Shown: in pieces, positions 53,136 to 61,416 of the stretch | How the letters are laid out: the number at the start of each line of letters is the position of its first letter | Position numbering within the stretch: the stretch's first letter is position 1 | NCBI GenBank assembly: GCA_964453055.1 | Contig: CAYVOD010000001.1 | Coordinates: 13,118 to 77,117 of the forward strand | Source of the DNA: an uncultured Treponema sp. | Lineage (GTDB): Bacteria > Spirochaetota > Spirochaetia > Treponematales > Rectinemataceae | Reading direction: 5' to 3' | Length of the DNA: 64,000 nt | Translations under genes and position numbers: made by a program | The notes under the pieces: generated by a model | What the model was told of the DNA's origin: nothing | Database searches by the model: none | The model's input: only the letters and a program-made list of their open reading frames with translations

Positions 53136-54575
53136 ATGGCGAAGATCGGTTCGGTTTTGCAGGAAACTCGACTCTCCAAGGGCCTTACGCTAGATAGCAT
53201 AGCGGACGAGACTAATATCAGCGTCCGTTTCCTTTCCAAGCTCGAGAACGACGATTTCACGGGATTTCCCGGCGAACCGTATATCATAGGCTTTATCAGG
53301 AATTATGCCGATTATCTGGGCCTCGAGGCCGAAGCGCTGGTGGCCCGATACAGATCCAGGGGGATGGCCCAGGAGCCGGCGCCGGGGGGCTTGCCCGCCG
53401 GGGGGGCAGGCGATGGTCCAGCGGAGCGGGCTCCGGGCACGAGTGCCCCGGCGCCGGCCGCTGAAGCGGAAAAGCCTAGCCCCGCCTCGGTATTGGGGAC
53501 GGCGCAGGCGGAAACGACGCAGGCGGGGTCTGGCGATGTGGCGGATAAAGCGAAAAATGCCGGGGAACCGGACGCTTCGAATAAGCCTAAAACTCGCAAA
53601 GCGGCGCGAAAAAAGCTCGGATCTCAGGAAGCTTCAACGCCACGGAAGGATACTGTCCCCTCTTCCGGGAATACAGCGGAAAAGAATGAAAAACCCTCGG
53701 TCCAGCTTTCGCGGAAAACCGTGCGCGAAACCGGGCAAAGCGTTTCGGGACCTTCGCTTCCTCCCCTGCGGACAATCGTTCTGGGGGGCCTCGTCATTCT
53801 CATCATCGGCGCGGCTGTCGTGTGGATATTCGTCGGCGGAAAGCTCAAGGGAAGCCTCGCGGACAAAGACGAGGCGCCGGCGGCCACGGAGTACAAGGTG
53901 GAAGGCGGGGATTTCCAGAAACGCCTCTACCCTGGGGACAGCCTCCTTGTCCCCTTCAACGAGGACGTGTATAGGATCAGCCTGAAAGAGATTGGCGAGA
54001 CCGTCATACTGGAAACCCCCTTCGGCGCCAAAGAACTCCGCCTGGGCGATTCGGCCGAACTCGACCCCGACGCCGACGAAGCGCCCGATATTCTCGTGGC
54101 TGTCGATGATTTCCAAAAGGATCGCCCATCCTCCGGCGCCCTGCTCAGGGTGAGTTTCTCCGGCATCGGCTCGGTCGAACCCGAAGCTTCCGGCGAAGTT
54201 ACGGTACCCAAGGAACCCGTTGCGCCGCCGATCGCGAAATCCCAGGACTTCGTGATCTTGCGCTCGACCAGGGGACCCTACCCCTTCATCGCCCAGGTGA
54301 GTTTCCGGGGTAATTGCCTTTTCCGTTACGAAGCGGACCGCAAGGAATGGGTTGAGAAGTATTACACTAAGGGTGAGAGCATCAATATCAATGTCACCAA
54401 CGCCCTCACCCTATGGAGCTCCAACGCCCAGGCCGTGAAGCTCACCATCCAGGCCTCGGGGGGCAGAAGCGTCGATCTGGAAATCGGCGATCCAGGCGAG
54501 ATAGCGGTAAAGCGGCTGTCATGGTCCAAGGCAGACAGCGCGACCTGGACCCTCGCTTCATCAGAACTCGACTGA
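53136..54575 (+). CDS. rodZ: RodZ-like cytoskeleton protein (HTH, low-complexity linker, TM, DUF4115-like C-terminus)
   Basis: An N-terminal XRE-type HTH (LSKGLTLDSIADETNISVRFLSKLE) and PYIIGFIRNYADYLGL are present. A Pro/Ala/Gly-rich linker, one TM helix and a C-terminal beta-rich domain follow. Confidence 0.7.
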   Translation: MAKIGSVLQETRLSKGLTLDSIADETNISVRFLSKLENDDFTGFPGEPYIIGFIRNYADYLGLEAEALVARYRSRGMAQEPAPGGLPAGGAGDGPAERAPGTSAPAPAAEAEKPSPASVLGTAQAETTQAGSGDVADKAKNAGEPDASNKPKTRKAARKKLGSQEASTPRKDTVPSSGNTAEKNEKPSVQLSRKTVRETGQSVSGPSLPPLRTIVLGGLVILIIGAAVVWIFVGGKLKGSLADKDEAPAATEYKVEGGDFQKRLYPGDSLLVPFNEDVYRISLKEIGETVILETPFGAKELRLGDSAELDPDADEAPDILVAVDDFQKDRPSSGALLRVSFSGIGSVEPEASGEVTVPKEPVAPPIAKSQDFVILRSTRGPYPFIAQVSFRGNCLFRYEADRKEWVEKYYTKGESININVTNALTLWSSNAQAVKLTIQASGGRSVDLEIGDPGEIAVKRLSWSKADSATWTLASSELD

Positions 54576-54583
54576 GGTTAACC

Positions 54584-55921
54584 TTGAAATTTTTCATCGA
54601 TCATCACGGCTGCGCAAAAAACCAGGTTGACGGCGAGGAGCTGGCCGCCCGGCTCGAAGCTGCCGGCCATAGCTACGTTCCTTCGGGAGACGAAGCCGAA
54701 TGCATAATAGTAAATACCTGCGGCTTCATTGAATCTGCCAAGAAGGAATCCATCGACGCGGCGCTGGCCATAAAGCGGTTTTGGCCGGATAAGAAGGTTC
54801 TGGTCGCCGGATGCCTGGCCCAGCGCTACCCGGAAGCGCTCATGGCTGAGATGACCGAAGCCGATGGAGTCTTAGGGAACGCCGACCTCTCACTCGCCCC
54901 CCAGGCGATGCAAAACCTGGAGGATGGGCTGAGAAGCAGCGTGGTCGTGGAGCAGCCACGGAAGATAGCCTCCCGCTATTATCCCCGACGGAGACTCTTC
55001 GATTATCCCGGCTCTGCTCATCTCAAAATCACGGAAGGATGCGACAACCGATGCTCCTACTGCGCTATTCCCCTAATACGAGGGAACCTGCGCTCCAGGA
55101 GCATCGAAGACGTGACTGCAGAACTAGAAGCCCTTGTCGCCCGGGGAATTTACGAGGTCAACCTCATAGGGCAGGATCTGGGCGCCTACGGCAGGGACGG
55201 CTCGGGAGACGTCGATCTCGTCCGACTCCTCGAACGCCTTGAAGGCGTAGATGGCGACTTCAGGCTTCGCGTGCTCTACATCCACCCCGACCATTTCCCC
55301 GAAGGCTTGCTGGACATCATGGCCTCCAGCCGTAAAATTTTCCCTTACTTCGATCTTCCTTTCCAGCATTCTTCGGAAAAAATACTTCGGTCCATGAACC
55401 GCCGCGGCTCGGGTCAGGTCTATCTCGAGCTTGTAGAGCACATACGGAAAACCCTCCCCGAGTCCATGATCCGATCCACCTTCCTCGTCGGCTTCCCTGG
55501 AGAATCCGAGGAAGATTTCGCCGCTCTGCTCCGATTCCAGCAGGAAGCTTCCCTGGACTGGCTGGGCGTCTTCAGCTACTCCAGGGAAGAGGGCACTCCA
55601 GCCTACTCCATGAAAGCGAGGGTGTCGAAGAAGCTGGCCGAAGCACGAAAGGCGGCTATCGAAGCCGCCCAAGGGCCCATCACCGATCGGCGCCTGCGGC
55701 GATTCATCGGCAAGAATATCGAAGTGCTTGGGGAGGAGGCGGTGGAAGGATCGGCGCTCAGCCTCGCGAGGGGCTGGATGCAGGCGCCTGACGTGGATGG
55801 CCTCACGCTGGTGAAGGCGATGCTCAAGCCGGGGTCCAGGGCATTGGTGCGGATAAGCGCCGTCAACGGCGTCGATTTTGAAGCGGATCTACTGGCCGCC
55901 GACGGGACAAAGAAATCGTGA
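54584..55921 (+). CDS. rimO: radical SAM methylthiotransferase, RimO-like
   Basis: An MTTase N-domain (HHGCAKNQVDGE), the radical SAM motif EGCDNRCSYCAIP and a C-terminal TRAM-like domain are present. The start is proposed at TTG 54584, with GAGG 6 nt upstream. The longer ORF from 54413 would overlap rodZ. Confidence 0.7.
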   Translation: MKFFIDHHGCAKNQVDGEELAARLEAAGHSYVPSGDEAECIIVNTCGFIESAKKESIDAALAIKRFWPDKKVLVAGCLAQRYPEALMAEMTEADGVLGNADLSLAPQAMQNLEDGLRSSVVVEQPRKIASRYYPRRRLFDYPGSAHLKITEGCDNRCSYCAIPLIRGNLRSRSIEDVTAELEALVARGIYEVNLIGQDLGAYGRDGSGDVDLVRLLERLEGVDGDFRLRVLYIHPDHFPEGLLDIMASSRKIFPYFDLPFQHSSEKILRSMNRRGSGQVYLELVEHIRKTLPESMIRSTFLVGFPGESEEDFAALLRFQQEASLDWLGVFSYSREEGTPAYSMKARVSKKLAEARKAAIEAAQGPITDRRLRRFIGKNIEVLGEEAVEGSALSLARGWMQAPDVDGLTLVKAMLKPGSRALVRISAVNGVDFEADLLAADGTKKS

Positions 55922-58233
55922 CCGAACTGGACAGACTTCCTCCCTACCTCGCCTGCCTCAATCCCGAACAGCTCAAGGCCGTGCTCCACGAAGGAAGCCC
56001 TTTGCTGATCCTGGCGGGGGCGGGAACGGGCAAGACCAGGGTGATAACCACTAAAATCGCATACCTGGTCAAGGAACGGGGGATCAGTCCCGAATCCATA
56101 CTGGCCGTAACATTTACCAACAAGGCGGCCAGGGAGATGAGGGAAAGAGCCGCCCTGCTCGAAGCTTCCTGCGAGCGGGCAGTGATCAGGACCTTCCATT
56201 CCTTCGGCTCATGGTTTTTGCGGCGTAACGCCCAGGCGCTGGGCCTTGATTCGAATTTCGTGATCTACGACGACGAGGATTCGGCCTCTCTCGTCCAGGC
56301 GATCCTGCCCAACTTGGGAAAGCCCGAGTGCAGGCGCTACTCCTCCCTCATCGCCAGGGCCAAGGACTACGGCCTCGAGCCCGACTCGCCCAGCCTGGCC
56401 ACCCTCATCAGGGACGACGATTTCAGGAGGGTCTACTCGCTTTACGAGGAAAGGCTGCGGGGAACAGGCAATGTCGATTTCGGAGATCTCATACGCCTGC
56501 CCGCCAAGATACTGGAAAAAGACGAAACGATAGCGAAGCGGACGAGGCAGCGCTTCAGGGTACTGCTGGTCGACGAATACCAGGATTCGAACGTAGCCCA
56601 GTTCCTCCTCCTCCAGCGGCTCTTCAGTCCAGCGACCTACCTCTGCGTCGTGGGCGACGACGACCAATCCATTTACAGGTTCAGGGGAGCTGAAATCAGG
56701 AACATACTCGGTTTCGCTTCCATCTTCCCGGGAACCGAGACCATAAAGCTCGAGCGCAACTACAGATCCTACCAGTCAATACTCGATATCGCCGGCGACG
56801 TCGTATCCCGCAACTCGGGAAGGCTCGGCAAGACTCTTCGGGCTACCAGGCCGGGGGGGGCCAAGCCTCAGCTGGCGCTTCTCGACGACCAGGATCAGGA
56901 GGTGAGCTTTTGTTCCAAGATCATCGGAGACCTGAGGGCGAAGGGCGCCAGTCTCTCCGACGTCGCTATCCTATACAGGACTAACGCCCAATCCCTGGCC
57001 TTCGAAAAAGAGTTCCCCCGCAGGGGGATACCCTATCGGCTCGTCGGCGCCCTGCGTTTTTACGATCGCGAAGAAGTCAAGGATCTCCTGGCCTACCTCT
57101 CTCTCCTGCTCAATCCCAGGGACGAGATAGCCTTCAGGCGGGTGGTGAATAAACCCGCCCGGGGGCTGGGCGAAAACAGCGTCGAAAGCATCCTGGACAA
57201 GGCTTCATTGGAGGGAATTTCGCCAATCGAATCCTGTCGCGGGAGCAAGGAATCCCTGCGCGGCCGGGGAAAGGCCGGGATGGATCAGTTTCTCGGCCTT
57301 TTGGACAGGGCTACAGGCCTCCTCGGCACGTTGATGAGTCAGGATGAGCCCTACTCTATTTCGGACGGCGGAAAGAGAAGCGGCAAAGCACAAGGCGGCG
57401 ACTCGGGAAGCGCATCCCTGGCCATATTGCTGGAGAGCATCGTCAAGGAAAGCGGCCTTGTCGCCTACCACAGGGATCAGGACGAAATCGCGGGCACACA
57501 GAAGCTGGCCAATATGGACGAACTTATCAACGCCTCATCCCTGTATCCCCTGGCAAGGGAGGGCTTGGCCGAGTTTCTCGAAACCATCGAGCTGGACCGC
57601 AGCTTCCAGGCCGGGGGCGAAAAGGAAACGTCCGACGCGGTCACGCTGATAACCATGCATAATACCAAGGGTCTGGAATTCCCCTGCGTCATCGTAACGG
57701 GGCTGGAGCAGGGGCTATTCCCCAGGGACGACGAGGAAGGAGAGGATCTGGAGGAGCAGCGTAGGCTCTTCTACGTTTCGCTCACCAGGGCCAAGGACAA
57801 GCTCTACCTGAGCGCCTGTCGCTGGCGGCGAATCAGGGGGAGGATCATAGAGACGAGCCCTTCGCGCTTTCTCACCGAAATGGACCCTAGCCTCTACGAG
57901 TTCTGGAAACTCGGAGCTTCGGCCTCGCGGCCTCAAGGCTTGTTTCCGAGACGGAGCATTCCCGGTTCTCAACCTGCCCAGGGATCGACCGGCGCCTCGG
58001 TCATTCCCAAGGCGGGCACTTATGGAGCCAAGCCCTCGGCCTCGCCCTCATCGGCGACTCCTGAATGGAAGCGGGGTTCCAGCGTTTATCACGACGAGTA
58101 CGGCCGGGGTTCGGTGATCAAGGTGAGCATGACGGAAAGCTCGGGCCCGCTGGTGATCGTCCAATTCGAGACGGGTAAGATCGCCCAGTTTTTCCCCAAA
58201 TACACGAGAAAGCTGGAACGGGTCAAAGACTAG
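55918..58233 (+). CDS. uvrD: ATP-dependent DNA helicase, UvrD/PcrA family
   Basis: Walker A GAGTGKT, DEYQDSN, helicase motifs III to VI, and a C-terminal Tudor-like tail (VYHDEYGRGSVI). The GTG start overlaps the rimO stop by 4 nt. Confidence 0.9.
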   Translation: MTELDRLPPYLACLNPEQLKAVLHEGSPLLILAGAGTGKTRVITTKIAYLVKERGISPESILAVTFTNKAAREMRERAALLEASCERAVIRTFHSFGSWFLRRNAQALGLDSNFVIYDDEDSASLVQAILPNLGKPECRRYSSLIARAKDYGLEPDSPSLATLIRDDDFRRVYSLYEERLRGTGNVDFGDLIRLPAKILEKDETIAKRTRQRFRVLLVDEYQDSNVAQFLLLQRLFSPATYLCVVGDDDQSIYRFRGAEIRNILGFASIFPGTETIKLERNYRSYQSILDIAGDVVSRNSGRLGKTLRATRPGGAKPQLALLDDQDQEVSFCSKIIGDLRAKGASLSDVAILYRTNAQSLAFEKEFPRRGIPYRLVGALRFYDREEVKDLLAYLSLLLNPRDEIAFRRVVNKPARGLGENSVESILDKASLEGISPIESCRGSKESLRGRGKAGMDQFLGLLDRATGLLGTLMSQDEPYSISDGGKRSGKAQGGDSGSASLAILLESIVKESGLVAYHRDQDEIAGTQKLANMDELINASSLYPLAREGLAEFLETIELDRSFQAGGEKETSDAVTLITMHNTKGLEFPCVIVTGLEQGLFPRDDEEGEDLEEQRRLFYVSLTRAKDKLYLSACRWRRIRGRIIETSPSRFLTEMDPSLYEFWKLGASASRPQGLFPRRSIPGSQPAQGSTGASVIPKAGTYGAKPSASPSSATPEWKRGSSVYHDEYGRGSVIKVSMTESSGPLVIVQFETGKIAQFFPKYTRKLERVKD

Positions 58234-58257
58234 CCTGCGGCAGGCAAGATCGAGGGA

Positions 58258-59769
58258 TCAGGATTCCGTGTCGAACACCGTCTTCCCGGGGGCGAAGCTG
58301 TCCATATCCACCGAGGCTCTCAGTTTTTCGATATCGCCCTGAATGCGCTTGAGTTCCTTGAATTCGTAGCCGCCGTCAGTGGGCTCGGCCCCGGACCATG
58401 CGGCCAGGCGCAGGCTGATTTTCTCCCTCGCCTTGGGATCGGAGGGTCTGGCCTCCTCTATCTGGGCGCCAGGCTCAGAACCAACCGCGCCGTCGTTCGA
58501 TAGAATGGCGCGGTACAGGATTCTCCGCAGATTTTCAATCTTGATTTTTTCATTATCCGCATTCTGCTTGAGCGAGCGCAGAACAGGTATGGCGAAGAAG
58601 AAAGCGGAAAAAACCAGGGGCACGACGCCGAGTCCCCATAAGAGTATGGGCACGGGATTCATCGAGCCAAGGCGCTGCAGGAGGTAGCCAGCGGCCGAAT
58701 AGATTAGCGGAAGGCCTCCGCGTAGGGCCAGTCCTCTGGGCGTGGACAGGTAAAAAGCACTGCCGAGGCTGAGCGCGTTGTAGAGGAAATAGCCTCCGAA
58801 TACTATGTTTACGGCGTTTATCAGCCTGAAAGTCCTATCCGCCTTGGGAGCGTTCGAGGAAAACCTATGCAGCTTTTTTAGCTTTACGCTGGAGCCCATG
58901 AATTCCGGGGTGCTGCCCATGCGGCGGAGAAGGTTGGGAAAGCTGAAGTAGATGCTGCCCTCGGGGCTAACCTCGGGACTGCCCTCGAACTCGAGCAGGT
59001 ACTTGTTGATCGCGATTTCGGCTTCGTCCGGCTCCATTCCCGTGATTGCCATGAATTCAGCCATGCTCATGATGCCCTTGTGGGTTTGGAGAAAGGCGAT
59101 GACCGTCTTTTTTTCCACTTCATTCCATTCCGCGTTGGGATCTCCGTCGCCGAACACATGGGAAAATACCGCCTTGTGCAGAGGACGGCGCTGGGCTCTA
59201 GGCTTGGCTTGGCCGAAGCGCTCCTGGGGTGGCTTGAAGAGTTCGGAATAGAACCAGATTCGGATGAGGCTGTCGAAAAGCCTTGTGGTCAGCCAGAGAC
59301 CTCCCAGGCCCCCTCCCCTGCTGCTGCTCCTCGAGTCGCTGCGGCCGCCGCCTCCGAACTGTACGGCCACCGAGGCGAGCATAGCGAAAAGCGCGAGAGC
59401 GATAAAGAGAATGAAATAGCCGCCGAGCATCACCACTATCCAGGTCTTGAAGAGGAATTTGGAAGCTTCGGCGGCGGCCTTCCCAAAAACCCTAAGGGCC
59501 CGTTTAGCGCTCGGCCCGAAGCCTTTGTAGCGGCTTTTCATGCTTTTAGGGAAGGAATAGAGGAGCTCTCCCTTTTCGGTGACCTTGAGCCTGGCGCCGA
59601 ACTCGTCGGCCAAAGCCGGGAGCTCGGCGTTTATCTGAGCGAGTGGAAGGCCCGTGAGCGCGGCGATGTCAGCGACTGTGGATTCGCCCTTGGTTTTTTT
59701 GAAGCCTGAGAGGAGAGCTTCCTGGACCTTCTGCTTGCTGTAATCCAATATTTTATCTTCTTTTCTCAC
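58258..59769 (-). CDS. hypothetical polytopic membrane protein with an internally duplicated soluble module
   Basis: Two similar segments of about 60 aa (residues ~25-80 and ~225-285, each ending in a Y/F-F-S-F-P motif) are each followed by TM helices. A Gly/Ser/Arg-rich loop and a charged C-terminal tail are also present. Confidence 0.55.
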   Translation of the reverse strand: MRKEDKILDYSKQKVQEALLSGFKKTKGESTVADIAALTGLPLAQINAELPALADEFGARLKVTEKGELLYSFPKSMKSRYKGFGPSAKRALRVFGKAAAEASKFLFKTWIVVMLGGYFILFIALALFAMLASVAVQFGGGGRSDSRSSSRGGGLGGLWLTTRLFDSLIRIWFYSELFKPPQERFGQAKPRAQRRPLHKAVFSHVFGDGDPNAEWNEVEKKTVIAFLQTHKGIMSMAEFMAITGMEPDEAEIAINKYLLEFEGSPEVSPEGSIYFSFPNLLRRMGSTPEFMGSSVKLKKLHRFSSNAPKADRTFRLINAVNIVFGGYFLYNALSLGSAFYLSTPRGLALRGGLPLIYSAAGYLLQRLGSMNPVPILLWGLGVVPLVFSAFFFAIPVLRSLKQNADNEKIKIENLRRILYRAILSNDGAVGSEPGAQIEEARPSDPKAREKISLRLAAWSGAEPTDGGYEFKELKRIQGDIEKLRASVDMDSFAPGKTVFDTES

Positions 59770-59819
59770 TCTTACCTCTGATTTTCGCTAAAAAGATAAC
59801 GCCAAGCGCAAACCCTAAG

Positions 59820-61298
59820 TTACAAAAACCGGGAACGTCCGAGGGCCAGGGCCCTGCTGTAGAGCGCCGTGTACTCCCGCGCCGATTTTTCCCAGGAAAA
59901 CACCCTCGTCATGGCTTTGGCGCGCATCATCTCGATATGGGCGCCGCGATTGTACCAAGCCCAGACCGCCCAACCGATGGTGTTGTAGAGCGCCCGGGGC
60001 GTAAGATCGTCGAACATGAAGCCCGTGCCGTCCCCAGTCTCTTGCACGTAATTCTGGACGCTGTCCGCCAAACCTCCGGTCCTGTGCACGATTGGGAGAG
60101 TTCCGTAGCGAAGGCTGTACATCTGGTTAAGGCCACAGGGTTCGTAGCGGCTGGGCATGAGAAAAAAATCGCTTCCGGCTTCCAGCAGGTGAGCGAGCTT
60201 GTCGTCGTAGCCGATCCTGGCTTTGAAGTTGGGGAAGCGCTCCGAAAGACGCTCCAGCTCCTCCTCGCACCAGGCTTCCCCCGAGCCGATGACGGCAAAT
60301 TGCACTGCCATGCTTCGGCATACTTCGGGAACGGCGCCTCTTCCCCTTCCGAACATTTCCTCGATTCCCTTCTGCTCGGTCAGCCGCGCTACCATGCCGA
60401 CCAGGGGAATTTCCGGATCGGAGGGGAGACCGAACCTCTCTTGCAGCGCCTGCTTGCAGAGAGCCTTTCCGTCCATTTTATGCACCGAATACGGGGCTGG
60501 GATGTTCTGATCGGATTCGGGATTCCAAATTTTATAATCCACCCCGTTAAGGATGCCCACCAGATCCCTGCTGCGAAAGCGAAGCAGCCCATCCAAGCCG
60601 AAGCCGTAGGTCGGGGTCTGGATTTCCCGGGCATAGGTCGGCGACACGGTGCTCAGGCAATCCGCGCAGCAGATTCCCGCCTTGAGGAGATTGACGGAAT
60701 CGTGGAACTCGAAGCCGGCGCCGTGGAAAGAACTCCAATCCAGGCCGAAAAAGGGGAAATGTTCCTTCGGATAGACCCCCTGGTACCCGAGGTTATGGAT
60801 GCTCAAGATGCTGGCGGTATTGGCAAAATCGCCCGCCCCCTCCAGTGTGGACAAATATACGGGAACGAGGGAGGAAGGCCAGTCGTGGGCATGCATGATA
60901 TCGGGAATCCAGGACAGTTTTCTGCAAAGCTGGAAGGCCGCCCTCGAAAGCAGGGCGAAGCGCTGCGGGTTGTCAGGATACTCTTCCCTGCTGGATGAGC
61001 CGTATATCCCCGCCCGTCCATAGAATGCCTCATAGTCAAGGAAATACACAGGCACCTTGGAGCCGGGAAGCGTTGAGCTGAATACCTGGGTCCAGCGTTC
61101 AGAGTCTCCCATGGGCACGCCCATGGGGCCTTCCATAGCGAAGAGTCCGTCCCGGGGTATCGAATAATACCGGGGAATAAGAAGCCTCACATCATGGCCA
61201 AGCTCGGACAGGGAAACGGCCAAGGCGCTGACAGCGTCACCCAGACCCCCTGACTTGGCGAACGGGACAGCCTCGCTGCTGATCATCAAGATTTTCAC
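59820..61298 (-). CDS. glgA: glycogen synthase (ADP-glucose type)
   Basis: The N-terminus (V)KILMISSEAVPFAKSGGLGDAV is present, and GT5/GT1 domains span the full length. The start is proposed at GTG 61298. The alternative is ATG 61286. Confidence 0.88.
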   Translation of the reverse strand: MKILMISSEAVPFAKSGGLGDAVSALAVSLSELGHDVRLLIPRYYSIPRDGLFAMEGPMGVPMGDSERWTQVFSSTLPGSKVPVYFLDYEAFYGRAGIYGSSSREEYPDNPQRFALLSRAAFQLCRKLSWIPDIMHAHDWPSSLVPVYLSTLEGAGDFANTASILSIHNLGYQGVYPKEHFPFFGLDWSSFHGAGFEFHDSVNLLKAGICCADCLSTVSPTYAREIQTPTYGFGLDGLLRFRSRDLVGILNGVDYKIWNPESDQNIPAPYSVHKMDGKALCKQALQERFGLPSDPEIPLVGMVARLTEQKGIEEMFGRGRGAVPEVCRSMAVQFAVIGSGEAWCEEELERLSERFPNFKARIGYDDKLAHLLEAGSDFFLMPSRYEPCGLNQMYSLRYGTLPIVHRTGGLADSVQNYVQETGDGTGFMFDDLTPRALYNTIGWAVWAWYNRGAHIEMMRAKAMTRVFSWEKSAREYTALYSRALALGRSRFL

Positions 61299-61304
61299 GG
61301 CTTG

Positions 61305-61333
61305 ATTATACCTGTCGCGGCGCTTGGCCGCAA
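61305..61333 (-). promoter_or_regulatory. candidate sigma70 promoter of glgA
   Basis: On the minus strand: TTGCGG (61328-61333), a 17-nt spacer, then the consensus TATAAT (61305-61310). Only 6 nt separate the -10 from the GTG at 61298. Confidence 0.5.
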
Positions 61334-61416
61334 TGAGGATAAAAGCGCGGGAAGATCCCCAACCATTGAAGCACGAACGGCATCCATGGGCGAGGAGGGA
61401 TGGGAGGACGTATATC

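Noticed and set aside
53305-53985. A 226-aa alternative-frame ORF rich in Arg/Pro lies inside the rodZ-like gene.
   Set aside because: It lies in the GC-rich low-complexity linker region of rodZ. The frame encoding the HTH, the TM helix and the C-terminal domain is the coherent one.
54413-54583. The ORF track gives a 5' extension of the rimO ORF that overlaps the rodZ-like gene by about 160 nt.
   Set aside because: The extension is Arg-rich out-of-frame rodZ sequence. The MTTase domain begins at KFFIDHHGCAKNQ, which can start from TTG 54584 with an SD. The start codon choice remains uncertain.
55918-59769. I considered that the UvrD-family helicase and the adjacent large membrane protein form a defence-type pair.
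   Set aside because: The helicase is translationally coupled to rimO in a housekeeping operon and has the full UvrD/PcrA architecture, including the C-terminal tail. The membrane-protein gene is convergent, so it is not co-transcribed. No nuclease, methylase or other defence-associated domain is present.
59937-60998. A 353-aa plus-strand ORF lies opposite glgA. Similar antisense ORFs occur at 15648-16364, 10557-11234, 20176-20889, 50767-51351 and 52457-53041.
   Set aside because: Each one overlaps a well-supported gene on the other strand and shows Arg/Gly/His-rich low-complexity translation. They are regarded as non-coding.
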